A stretch of DNA of 64,000 bases from Chiloscyllium plagiosum (GCF_004010195.1 NC_057719.1:15329545-15393544), one strand, 5' to 3'. Positions 25,301 to 38,100 are shown, counted from the stretch's first letter. Made by a program: numbers and translations. The notes: generated from the letters alone by a model not told the origin.

Positions 25301-26460
25301 CAAGTCCCACCTTCCCCAGAAAGTATCCCAAATGGTCCAAGTATCTGAAGCCCTCCCTCCTGCACCAGTTGCATAGCCACGTGTTAAGCTGCACTCGCCT
25401 GTTCCTCACCTCACTGTCTCGCAGCACCGGTAGCCAACCTGAGAACACTACTCTATTCCTCCTTCTCTTCAGCTTCCAACCTAGCTCTCTGTGGTCACTT
25501 TTCAGATCCTCAAACCCTTTCCTGGCTAAATCATTGGTGCCAATACGTACCACGATTTCTGGCTGCTCGCCCTTCCCCTTCAGAATCTTGTAAACCCGAT
25601 CAGCGACATCCCGGATCCTGGCACCAGGGAGGCAACATACCTTCCGGGAGTCCTGTTCCTGACCATAAAATCTCCTGTCAATCTGTCTAACTATGGAGTC
25701 CCTGACACTAGCGCTTTTCAATTCTCCCCACTTCCCTTCTGAGCCTCAGTGCCAGAGACCTGACAACTTTGGCTTTCCCCTGGTAGACCGCCCTCACCTG
25801 CAATAACCAAAACGGTATACTTATTGCTGAGGGGAACGGCCACAGGGGATCCCTACTGTATCTGTTAGTTTCCTTTCCTCCCCTGGACTGTAACACTGCT
25901 GTCCTTATCCTATCTTTGAGGAATGACACCTCCACGTACATCTCAATTTCTCCCTCAGCCTCCCAGATGATCCGCAGTTCATCCAGCTCCAGTTCCCTAA
26001 CTCTGTTTTCGAGGAGCTGCAGTTGGGTGCACTTCCCGCAAGTATGGTCGGCAGAGACGTGTGTCGTGTCTCTCACCTCCCACATTCTGCAGAAGGAACA
26101 TGCAACTGCCCTAACATCCATACCCCGCTAATCTGAAAGCCCACACAGGATTAAACAAGGAAGAGAAGAAATGAAAAAAAAATGAAAACCTGAAAACTTA
26201 CCAAGTTTACAGAGTCTTAGTAAGGTTAGTGGAGGTAGGTGGGATGTAGGCCCTATGGTGTACGGTCTCTGGTTTAGATCTCACCCACTTAAAAACTTCC
26301 TGGCAGCCCTCGTTTCTCTCCGCCCTCTCTCCTCGCCGCTTTGTTCAAAATGGAGGCACAACTCTCGAGCTAAGTCTCTTTTTTAAGTGGGAGAAACTGA
26401 CTTACCTGGCAGCCCTTGTTTCGCTCCGTCCTTTCTCCTCGCCATTCTGTTCAAAATGCT
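22329..26460 (-). mobile_element. Near full-length, frameshifted CR1 LINE: 5' UTR, ORF1 (Zn finger/coiled coil + SGNH esterase), ORF2 (APE endonuclease + RT), 3' UTR with TTCTATG tail
   Basis: ORF 26121-25708 (CSFC...CGKC, LENRVRELE); 25721-25248 (DSIVR, GTND); 25081-24331 (AITETW, DFNFP, LDLVL, DSDHN); 23916-22820 (YMDFKAFDKVPH, GPLLF, KFSDDTK). Confidence 0.92.
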
Positions 26461-28086
26461 GCATATGGAAGATTTTACATTGAAGGGTATGTAGGTTAGT
26501 CTGATCATAAGAGTGGGAATGAGAATGACACAACATAGAGAGCCAAAGGGCCTGAACTGTGCTATACTTTTCAGTGTTCTAAATCCTGCCCCACCCGATA
26601 TTCATTCAAACTCCTATCTACAGCTCTAGTTATTGACTCAACTGTGGTTCAAATGAAGCACATTCCAAATGGAACAGCTCATCCTTTCCTAGTATCGTTG
26701 GTAATGCTTAATTATTTGAAACTCATTTTCCCATCAGATCTTTGAGCCAGGTATTCAATTATCTGATCATATTTACTATATGCCAGTTTGCTGCTGATTT
26801 AGGTAGTAATCCAGAGAACAGTATGGTTCTGCTATTTAGTCTCTAGCTGAAGATAGTGCCTTTATCCTACCTACACATGTGTACCTATTTGAACCTTAAT
26901 AACTGGCTCCTTCCTCAACCATTCCAACTTCTGGAGTTAAAAGCAAAGTATTTGTAATGGCAACCATGAAAGTGTCATCTAGTGTCAGAAAAACCCATCT
27001 GGAAAGAAAATCTGGCCTTAACTGGTCTCAATTAGGAGTCCAGATCCACAGTTACATGATTCACTTATAAATGCCCTCTGAAATGATCTATCAGGCTACT
27101 CAGTTCAAGGGTAATTAGGGCTGGACAGCAAATGCTACCCTTCCCAGTGACATCCAAATCCTTTGAAAGAAAAAAGGAAAAATATGTTCAGAATTGGGGA
27201 AAGTTGTGAATATAAAACTGAAGATTAATTGGCTGAATGCATGTAGGATTTGTACCAAGACAGAAGAGTCAATGACACAAATGAAAATAAACATAATCAC
27301 AATCAAATTTTACCCTGAGGTTTCAAAGTGACCAATACTGGGAATTGACTATTCCAGCGTGCTTGACATTTCTGAAAGTTACTAGAAAGAAAAAGGGATG
27401 GTTTAATATATTGTGTAGCACTGTAATGATGGTTTAGTACTGTAATGGGAAATACTCCTGGCTGAGGATCAAGATGTAGAATCAATTTGAGTAGAAATAT
27501 TCAGCAGCAAGAGAAAAAGGTGTTGGTGGAGTCTATACAGTAGCGTCTCTGTAGGACTAAGTATAAATCAAGAATTAATGGAGCTTGTAAGCAAAATACT
27601 GCAATAATAGGGATTAACTTTAATCTTTGTATAAATAACCTAGTTTGCCATTCTATTATAGGATTTCTGGCAATGTAACAGTTATTCAGTAATATCTCCT
27701 TACAGAGGGGTTGCTGTCTTTTGGATGAATTATTAAAGCAGGTCTTATCCGTTTGTCTGAAAGAGAAGGATTCCATGGAACTATTTGAAGAGCAATAACA
27801 CTCGATCATTTCCTCAACTAACAGCTCGAAACATTTGAGCTGATCATTTATCTCAGTGTGTGTTGTAAAAGTGTGTGCAAAACTTGGCTGCGACATTGTC
27901 CAATGTTACATAAGTGACTGAGCTTCAAAATTAATTGTCTGTGAAGCATTTAGAAACATCCTGAGGTCATGAGAGTTACTATTATTAAATGCATTCATTC
28001 TTCCTTTCATACATATAGCTGAACAGATTGCATTGATATGAGCAGTTCGATTTTTAATACTCTGCTGTCCAATTTTTTTTTTTCAG

Positions 28087-28135
28087 GTACAACATTGAAC
28101 GGATGCCGGATGACTATGGTGCCCCCAGATTTTGA
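28087..28135 (+). CDS. FCF1: FCF1 exon 8 coding part (RYNIERMPDDYGAPRF*)
   Basis: Poly-T/cag acceptor; TGA at 28133-28135; exons sum to 597 nt = 198 aa + stop. Confidence 0.97.
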
Positions 28136-28205
28136 AAAGGCAGCAAACTTATGTTTACATCAAAAGATTGGTGTTTGCTGTTTGTCAATACCTCTGTACC
28201 TGTTC

Positions 28206-28211
28206 AATAAA
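28206..28211 (+). terminator. Likely FCF1 polyadenylation signal AATAAA
   Basis: First AATAAA, 70 nt after the stop, followed by GT/T-rich sequence. Confidence 0.6.
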
Positions 28212-28554
28212 AGCTTGGGGCACGTACAGGTTCCACAAAATTGTATAAAAGAGTTTTGTTTCATCGTAAATTAAGTTATTATTTGGAGAAGTTTTAAACT
28301 AAGTGGGATTGGCTTCCAACTTATTTTTCTTGAATGTTTTCTACTCCTTGTTTATGGGTCCATCTGGTGACATTCCAGTGCCAAAGATCTAAAAATTCCA
28401 GTTCATCATCTTGGCAATGAGATCAAATTGAAGAAAGTGACACCTAGGCCTCATTTTGTCATCTTCATAATGTCATGCGATTATTACTTCCAACTGGAGT
28501 ATTATTTACCAATTGGAAATGGGAACTTTAAATGAACCACCCTAAATCTAGGAA

Positions 28555-29530
28555 ACTTCCCGCTCCTCCGCCCTTGAGCCCTGCCCCTCCAATCGCCACC
28601 AGGACAGGTCCTCACCTACCACCCCACCAACCTCCATATACATCGTATCATCCGTCGTCATTTCCGCCACCTCCAAACGGACCCCACCACCAGGGATATA
28701 TTTCCCTCCCCTCCCCTATTAGCGTTCCGAAAAGACCACTCCCTCCATGACTCCCTCGTCAGGTCCACACCCCCCACCAACCCAACCTCCACTCCCGGCA
28801 CCTTCTCCTGCAACCACAAGAAATGCAAAACTTGCGCCCACACCTCCCCCCTTACTTCCCTCCAAGGCCCCAAGGGATCCTTCCATATCTGCCACAAATT
28901 CACCTGCACCTCCACACACATCATTTACTGCATCCGCTGCACCCGGTGTGGCCTCCTCTATATTGGGGAGACAGGTCGCCTACTTGCGGAACGTTTCAGA
29001 GAACACCTCTGGGACACCCGGACCAACCAACCCAACCACCCCTTAACACTTCAACTCCCCCTCCCACTCAACCAAGGACATGCAGGTCCTTGGACTCCTC
29101 CATCGCCAGATCATAGCAACACGACGGCTGGAGGAAGAGCGCTTCACCTTCCGCCTAGGGACCCTCCAACCACAAGGGATGAACTCAGATTTCTCCAGTT
29201 TCCTCACCTTGTCTCAGTCCCAACCCTCGAACTCAGCACCGCCTTCCTAACCTGCAATCTTCTTTCTGACCTCTCCATCCCCACCCCCACTCCAGCCTAT
29301 CGCCCTCACCTTGACCTCCTTCCACCTATCGCATTTCCAACGCCCCTCCCCCAAGTCCCTCCTCCCTACCTTTATCTTAGCCTGCTGGACACACTTTCCT
29401 CATTCCTGAAGAATGGCTCATGTCCGAAACGTCGATTCTCTTGCTCCTTGGATGCTGCCTGACCTGCTGCGCTTTTCCAGCAACACATTTTCAGCTCTGA
29501 TCTCCAGCATCTGCAGTCCTCACTTTCTCC
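28555..29530 (+). mobile_element. Penelope-like element 3' fragment with Cys-rich linker, GIY-YIG endonuclease and terminal repeat
   Basis: Reads CNHKKCKTC...IIYCIRCTRCGLLYIGETGRLLAERFREH; hammerhead-like CTGAAGA..GAAACGTC at 29406-29433. Confidence 0.88.
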
Positions 29531-30954
29531 TATAATAAAGCCAGCTCAACACAGGTGAAGAATTGAATGAATATCATTGTGTGTGCTTGAGAGGTAATGA
29601 TTTTAGTATTTTTGCCATGTATAATTTTGTACAGATTTACTCTTCAATACTACAGTTAAACAATTATTATCACTGTAACTGTTCTTTGGTTTGTTTTGGA
29701 CCTGTAGTTGATGCATTTAAACATTCAATTCAAGCCCAGGAAATAATCTTACCATTGTACAAACCCGTGCACAGTTATGGACAGAGCACTGTGGGATTAT
29801 CTTTCCTGTTCCAAACAATTATGATTTCTCGTGCATCTCGGGTTGGAAGGGAGTTTCCACTCTGACATTCCTGGGCAATCAAAAGTAAAGCAGGAGCTCA
29901 CTTCAGCTCTTTACAATTTTATGCTGTGCCTTTGAGGTAATATTTTTTACCTAAGTCACACGTGTATTAATTACAAATTAAAATGACTGCTATATGTATT
30001 TGCCTTGCACCCTTAAAACGTGGTTCAAACCTTGAAAAGTTAACCCGACACCACAATGAAGGTTTTTTTTACCATTCAGGTTTACGGTGATTTTCAGTAA
30101 GAATGGTCAGAGATTTACTGTGCGTCCATACCTATTAGCAAGTACCTGTACCGAGACTTTTTGGTTTGTTTTCACTTGAAAGGATTTAAAATTTATTTTT
30201 CTTTCTTTGAAAAGGCAATCCTTGAAGATTGAGTTTGCCCACCTGCAGAATTAATGCACAAATAAAATCAGTTTAATTGCAAAGAGAAGAGACCATTTTT
30301 TCCAAACATCAGTAAGAATTTTGAATTTATTATATATAAAAGGCTATTTATTGAAATAAGTAATTTTAATCTGGAAGCCTCAACTTCGACCTCTGAATCT
30401 AATGTGTGCCTGCCTTTCCCTCTGAGTCAATCAGGGGTGCTGTATTACAGATAGATAGTAGGTTGTATACCAGCAAAGTTAAAGTTAGTGAACTGGCCAT
30501 TTTAGTTTAGTTCAAAGTCAACAGTTCTGCACGCTGACTTCAGTGAACCTGGGAGCATGATAACATTTGAGGAGATGTTCTAAGAGCCGTTTAATTGTGT
30601 TGTTTTGCATGATGTTAAGACACAAATGTGTAATGATGTGAAAAGGGGAGAAAAGCATTCTGCAGGAATGTACAATTCAAAATTGGAATTTCTTCCTTCA
30701 CTTAGTCTTCTCTTCCATGATAGTCAGGCTTTTAAAGTTCACATTGACATGATCTACTAAATAATTCCGGTTGATTCAAGGTGTCTCTTTTTATTCATCT
30801 TTACTTTGTTGGTAGACTGCACTATAAAGTTGACAGCATTGTTAACATTACAATTACAAAAAATGCTCATTTGAAGAGACACCTGGAAAGTGGAAAAATA
30901 CAAAATGGCAAATTGCCTCAAAATTACCAGTTGCTTTTAAACTAAGTCTGTGTC

Positions 30955-31792
30955 AGGTTGTAAGTTTGCTCACTGAGCTGGCAGGTCTTTTTCTTTTCAG
31001 ATATTTCGTCACCATGCTAGGTAACACCATCAGTGAACCTCCGATGAAACGCTGGTGTTCTGTCCCACTTTCTATTTGTGTCTTGGTCTCTTAAGATGAT
31101 TGATATCATTTCTGGTTCTTTTTCCCAGAGATTGGTAAATGGGGTCCAAATTGCTGTGTTTATTGATGGAGTTCCGGTTTGAATGCCAGGCCTCTGTGAA
31201 TTCACGTGCATGTCTCTGTTTAGCCTGTCCGAAGATTGATGTGTTGTCCCAGTCAAAGTGGTGTCCTTCATCTGTATGTATGGATACTCGTGATAGCTGG
31301 TCCTGTCTTTTAGTGGCTAGTTGGTCTTCGTTTACAAAATACCATGCAAGGACTGTAACAAACACTACATCGGACAGACAGGCAGAAAACTAGCCACGAG
31401 GATACATGAACACCAAAAGACATGACCCACTATCACTAGTATCCTTAGGCACAGACGAAGAAGAACACTACTTCAACTGGGACAACACATCCATCTGATG
31501 ACAGGCTAAACAGAGATACGCATGGTATTTCTGAGAGGTCTGGCATTCAAACTGGAACTGTATGAATAAACACATCAGTTTGGACCCCATTTACCAACCT
31601 CTCAGAAAAAGAACCCACCACAACAGACCAAGACACACAAATAGAAAGTGGAACAGAACACCAATGCTTCACCAGAGACTAACTGATGATGGTACCTAGC
31701 ATGGTGACGAAACATCTGAAAAACAAACCTACCAGCTCAGTGAACAAACTTACAATCTGAACATCAACTTGAACTACAAGTCTTCTCAAAAT
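30955..31792. mobile_element. Inverted pair of Penelope-like 3' ends
   Basis: About 30955-31330 is the reverse complement of about 31385-31760; HYIGQTGRKLATRIHEH (YIG motif) at the centre; CTGATGA..GAAA at 31683-31712. Confidence 0.85.
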
Positions 31793-33514
31793 TCATAAAT
31801 CAGTGTCCACAAAAATGCTTGGAAAATGGTCCTATTCAATGCTTCAGTCAAAAGCAATTTAATAGAGATTGAAGTTTCACATCTGCAAAATATTCCTCCA
31901 GAAAACCTGCGCAATAGGTCAACTTCAATCGATCTAAGTGTATATCAGTATCTTGCCTGATGCTGGGTGATTGGTGTCACCTTTGACTTCAAGATCATGT
32001 CCAATCTCCTATTTGTGCCATTACTAAAACTGCTTGTTACCTCATTCATCACTTGTGTCACTGTTCATATGCTGCTAAAACCATAATTCATGCCTTTGTT
32101 ACCTCTGGTCATGACTCTTTCAACACAGCCAAACTGGATTTCCACATTTTACCCTCTAGAATGGGGTATTTCACAACTCTCATGGCCATGTCTTTACTAA
32201 TACCAAGTTTCACTCCCTGTCCCCTCTGTACTCTCATACTCTGATCTACATTGGTTCCTGGCCAAGGAATGTCTTCCTTCACTTTGAACTTCTCAGTCTT
32301 TTATCAATTCTTTCAATGTTCTTGTCTTGCCCAGTTCCACAAACCCTGGGATACCAGCATTAAATTTATTCTGGCCTTTTGTACATGCCTAATTTGGCTG
32401 AAACTTTCTCCCTACACCTATTCCACATCTCTTCCTTGCTGTTCCAAATGATGGAATGCTACTGAAAAATTGTTATAACAAGGGCTATTCAATTACATTG
32501 ACCTGTTTTGCAGCCAAAGGTAAGACCCATCTCCATCGAATGTGTGGCAAAAATAGCACTCCGTAAAACCAAGCTCGTGTCTCTTCAGATGTCTTGATGT
32601 CATAATTTGCTTTAGAATCTAATCTAATATTATGTAATGCTGCAGTGAAGCACCTTGGGCTGACATATTACTTTAAATTTTTGTTGAATGCTGATCCAAC
32701 TGATGAAATGCCACTGAAAAATTGTAAAACTAGGGCTTTTCAATTACTTTGTCCTATTTTGCAGCCAAAAGTAAGACCTATCTCCATAGAATGTGTAGCA
32801 AAAATATAAATTTCTTTATGGATTTGTACAGTTTCACTCAGGTTTACAGCAGAGGCTGCCTCTCTCCTTAGTAAATAAATAATTAAATATTCTATTAGAT
32901 AAAGCAAACTTTTTATTGACTAGGAGTGTGTCGGTTGATCAAATAATCCGGATGCCAAGAAGTCCACGTAATCAATTAAAACTCACACTAAATAATAAAA
33001 ATGTAATGCAGGGGGTATACACATCACTATTGTATTCTATTTACACCATAAATCACTTAAATAATAATTGCACCCTCAAATGATTTCTTGGAAATTGCAA
33101 TAATACAGTAAACTTCTGGTATTTCAGGTTTTATAATTTTTGCTGTTTTCATGTGGTGCTGGTTAAAACCAATTTTGCTGTATTTTCATCAAAGAGTAGC
33201 ATGATGAAAATATGCAACTGATGTGTAATTTTGATTTATGATGTAATATACCTTGTAGTGCACAGGCAATTTGTTTGCATTGCTGATCCTTTAGCACTTC
33301 TGTAGCCATACAAAAAGGTTTAATGTAGATATGCTTTCTGTGCAGCTTACAGAAAACATTGATGATGTTGCATGTGTTTTCATACCAACACTACCAGCCT
33401 GTGTTTGATGGAGTGTGCTGCCACCGTCCTCTTTCATTGACTGAGTTTAAGGGCCTAATGAGTTTATAATGGTGGAGGGAAACACCTAGTGAATATTAAT
33501 AAGAAGAGGTTCTT

Positions 33515-34395
33515 GATGTATAAGGTCACCTCTCAGCCTCCGACTCTCCAGGGAAAACAGTCCCAGACTGTTTAGCCTCTCCCTATAGCTCAAATCCTCC
33601 AACCCTGGCAACATCCTTGGAAATCTTTTCTGAACCCTTTCAAGTTTCACAACATCTTTCTGATAGGAAGACCAGAATTACACGCAATATTCCAAAAGTG
33701 ACCATCAGGAAAATAATCCAACAGGAATTGTGGTTCTGATTGTCTATCTAAAATCTGTTAGTACTTGGTGACGCAAATCCATCTATCTACTGCCCAGACC
33801 ATTTGCATGGCAATTTACCTCATCTTCCAGGACAGTACTTTGAGACTCGACAAGAGCCTCTCCGGGCCTGGAGGCTCACATCCCATACTTTATTTTTGCT
33901 TGATTTGTGGATAGCTCCAGCTACTTGGACCCATCTTAAGGAGTTTTGGAGTTTAATTCAGATAAATGCGAGGTGCTGCATTTTGGGAAAGCAAATCTTA
34001 GCAGGACCTATACACTTAATGGTAAGATCCTCGGGAGTGTTGCTGAACAAAAAAATTATGAGGGGCATGGATAGGATAAATTGGCGAAGTCTTTTCCCTG
34101 GGGTGGGGGAGTCCAGAACTAGAGGGCAGGAGAAAGATATAAAAGAGACCTAAGGGGCAACTTTTTCATGCAGAGGGTGATATGTATATGAAATGAGCTG
34201 CCAGAGGAAGTGGTGGAGGCTGGTACAACTGCAACATTTAAGAAGCATTTGGATGGGTATATGAATAGGAAGGGTTTGGAGGGATATGGGCTGGGTGCTC
34301 GCATGTGGGACTAGATTGGGTTGGGATATCTGGTCGGCATGGACAGGTTGGACTAAAGGGTCTGTTTCCATACTGTACATCTCTATGACTCTATA
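33515..34395. mobile_element. CR1 fragments (minus about 33515-33700; plus about 33950-34395)
   Basis: RT C-terminal codons, 3' UTR and tail. Confidence 0.8.
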
Positions 34396-34409
34396 AACAA
34401 AGTGGCTCT

Positions 34410-34730
34410 TTGCATGGTGTTGATTAGGTACATGTTATATAAATTAGGCATTGTTACTCAGACTTCGAATGTAGGTCTTCACTGTACTATGGGGGGTGCA
34501 GTGAGAGAGGGACTCACTGAAATCTTTGTAGAGGGAGGAAGAGAGCTTCTTCAAGGAAGGCATCCTTGTAAGAGGATTCGCAGTAGGTTGAAATCTTTGA
34601 GGAGAAAGTGAGGTCTGCAGATGCTGGAGATCAGAGCTGAAAATATGTTGCTGGAAAAGCACAGCAGGTCAGGCAGCATCCAGGGAACAGGAGAATCGAC
34701 GTTTCGGGCATAAGCCCTTCTTCAGGAATC
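34410..34730 (-). mobile_element. PLE fragment and terminal repeat with an intact hammerhead motif (34698-34725)
   Basis: Reverse complement of CTGAAGAAGGGCTTATGCCCGAAACGTC. Confidence 0.7.
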
Positions 34731-34964
34731 CTTCTTCCCAAGATTTGCTTTCCCAAAATTTTCGTTTTAGGAAATACCATTCACATATTAGAAATGTTTT
34801 ATGAATAAATTTCCAAATTAAACTAGATTATTGATAGTATACCAGCTCAATATTTTTCCGCATCACCTTTATTACAAATTTATGTCTCAGACCAAATCAA
34901 GATTGACTGTATTATGTTTGGGTTTTCACATATGCTACCTAAGTATGCTCAGTCTGGACTGCCC

Positions 34965-35935
34965 CACATCTGTGACTAGTGGTGTTCCACAGGGATTTGT
35001 ACTGGGACCTCTGTTTGTGATCTATATAAACGACTTGGCTGAAAATGTAGATGGGTGGCTTTGTAAGGTTGCAGATAATACAAAGATCGGTGGAGTTATG
35101 GATAGTGTAGGAGGTTGTCAAATGATACACTGGGATTATAGATCAGTTGCAGATATGAGCGGAGAAATGGTTGATGGAGTTTAATCCAGGTAAATCTAAG
35201 ATTCTGCACTTTGGGAAATCAAGTGTGAGGGAAGGTATATAATTAATGGCAGGACTCTGAACAGCATTGATGTACAGAAGGATCTTGGGATTTAAGTGCT
35301 TGGCTCTCCAAAGGTGGCCACGCAAGTAGATAGGGTGGTAAATAATATATTTGGCATGCTTGCCTTTATTGGTTGGGGAATTGAGTACAAGAGTTAGGAT
35401 GTCATGTTGCAGCTTTATAAGACTTTGGTTAGGCCACACTTAGAATATTGCCTTGAATTCTGGTCGCCACATTACAGGAAGGATGTGTAGGCTTTGGAGA
35501 CAGTGCAGAAGAAGTTTACAAGGATGCTGGCTGGATTAGAGGATATGAGCTATAAGGAGAGATTAGAAAAACTCGGGTTCTTTTCTTTGGAGACTGAGGG
35601 GAGACTTGGTAGAAGTCTACAAGATTATGAGATTACGTAGTTCGGATTGACGGTCAGAATTGTTTTCTTTTCCCCAGAGTTGAAATGTGTAAAATTAGGA
35701 GTCATGTATTTAAGGTGAGAGGGGTAAAGTTCAAAGGAGATGAGGGGTAAGATTTTTAGAGAGCACTAGGAGTCTGGAATGGTGGTGGAGGAGGCAGATA
35801 CGATAGCGACAATTAATTGTCTTTTAGATAAACACATGAATATGCAAGGGTTGGAGGGATGTGGACCAAGGGTAAACAGAAAAGATTAGTGAGCCAAAGG
35901 GTCTGTTCCAATGCTGTACAATTCTATGTTCTATA
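34965..35935 (+). mobile_element. CR1 RT 3' fragment
   Basis: VTSGVPQGFVLGPLFVIYINDL..ADNTK; TTCTATGTTCTAT tail. Confidence 0.88.
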
Positions 35936-36109
35936 ATCTAGTCTGAGAGGTGTTCAGATCCAAATTAGTCATCTTCAGGATCATTTTTGAACAATGCGGA
36001 GTTGAATGCAACTTGTTGGCAAGATGAAAGACTGAGTCAGCACAAAGTTTTATTATTCACATAGATCAGGTATAGACAGCCTGGATCGAGTGAATCCCAA
36101 GTAGGAGTA

Positions 36110-38100
36110 TACATAAGAGGGAAATCAGAAGGACAAAATAAGGACATAAGATAGCTTTGTCAAATAGAATCCAAAGAGATTCTATAAAATACATTAAGGG
36201 CAGAAGAGTGACAAGAGAGAGAATAGAGCTCCTTAAAGATCAAATTGGCCGTCCATGTGGAACCACAAGAGATAGATGAGATACTAACTGAATATTTTCT
36301 ATTCGTTTAGTATTTCATGTATCTCTTGTGGTTCCACATGGTGGTGAAGGACATGGAAGCTAAGGAACTTGGGGAAACAAATTGTGGTGTTTTGAGGAGT
36401 TCATACTAAAGAGGAGGTGCTGGAGGTCTTAAAACGCATAAAGGTAGATAAATCCCTAGGACCCGATCAGGTGTTTCCCAGACGTTTGTGGGAAGTTAGG
36501 AAGAGATTGCTGGGCCCCTCAGCCACGTGTGAGGTGCTAGAAGACTGGAGGTTGGCTAATGTGGTGCCATTATTTCAGGAAAAGCCAAGGGAACTACAGA
36601 CAAGTGAGCCTTGCATCAGTGATGGGTAAGTTGTTGGAGGGAATGCTGAGGGACAGGATTGACATGCATTTGGAAAGGCAAGAATTGATAAGGGATAGCA
36701 TAGCTTTGTGCATGGGAAATCATGTCTAACTAACTTTTTGGGGTTTTTTGTAGAGAAGTTGTCTGTAATGGACTTCAGCCAAGCGTTCAACAAGGTTCCA
36801 CATGGTAGACTAGTTAGTAAGGTTGGATCACATGGGACCCAGGCAGACCTAGCCAATTGGATTCAACATTGGTTTGAAGGTAGATAGGGTGGTGGTAGAG
36901 GGTTAATTTTTGGATTGGAGACCTGTTACCAATGATGTGCCAGAAGGATCAATGGTGGATTACATAAATGTCTTGAATGTAAATATAGGAGGAACAGTTA
37001 GTAAGTTTGCAGATGACACCAAAATAGATAGTATAGTGGACAGTGAAGAAGATTATCTGAGTACAACAGGACCTTGATTGGCCAATGGGCTGAAGAGTGG
37101 TAGATGGAGTTTAATTCGGATAAAATGTTGCATTTTGGTTAGTCAAACCAGGGCAGGACTTATACACTTAATGATAGGGCCCTGGGGAGTGCTGCCAAAC
37201 AGGTGCAGGGGCACAGTTCCTTGAAAGTGGTGTTGCAGATAGACAGGTGAAGAAAGTGTTTGGCATCCTTACCTTCATTGGTAATAACATTGAAGATAGG
37301 AATTGGGATGTTATGTTGCAGCTGTACAGGACATGAGTGAGGCCACATTTGGAATATTGCATACAGTTCTGGTCTCCCTGCTGTCAGAAAGGTGTTGTTA
37401 AAAGTAGGAGGATGGAGAAAATGTTTATAGGTAGTTACTGGAACTGGAGGTTTTAAGCTGAAGGGAGAGGCTGAATAGAGTGGGGCTATTTTCCCTGAAG
37501 CATCAGAGGCTAAGGAATTACCTTAAAGGTTTATAAAATCATGAAGGGCATTGACAGGATATAGCCAGAGTCTTTTTCACAGCATGGAGAATAAAAATGT
37601 GTTGTTGGAAAAGCGCAGCAGGTCAGGCAGCATCAAAGGAACAGGAGAATCGACGTTTCGGGCATAAGCCCTTCTTCAGGAAACTGAAGACGTGCTTATG
37701 CCCGAAACGTTGATTCTCCTGTTCCTTTGATGCTGCCTGACCTGCTGCGCTTTTCCAGCAACACATTTTTAAGCTCTGATGTCCAGCATCTGCAGTCCTC
37801 ACTTTCTCCACAGCATGGAGAAGCCCAACTCCAGAGGGCGTAGGTTTAAGGTGAGAAGGGAAAGATTTAAAAAGGACCTGAGGTGTAACTTTTTCTCACA
37901 GGGTGATGTGTGTATGGAAAGTGTTGCCAAAGGAAGTGGTGGAAGCGGATTCAATTACAACATTTAAAAGGCACCTGAATGGGTAGAAGAAGAGGAAGGG
38001 ATTAGGACCAATGCTGGCAAATGGGACTAGGTCAGATTGGAATGTCTTGTCAGCATGGATGAGTTGGACTGAAAGGTCTTTCTGTGCTGTATGACTCTGT
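36110..38100 (+). mobile_element. Degenerate CR1 ORF2, interrupted by a PLE hairpin at 37592-37808
   Basis: DKSLGPD, EDWRLANVVPLF, FADDTK; 3' UTR. Confidence 0.85.
37592..37808. mobile_element. PLE-derived hairpin with two opposed hammerhead motifs and a 14-bp TSD
   Basis: Motifs at 37652-37679(-) and 37684-37711(+); CACAGCATGGAGAA at 37578-37591 and 37809-37822. Confidence 0.85.
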
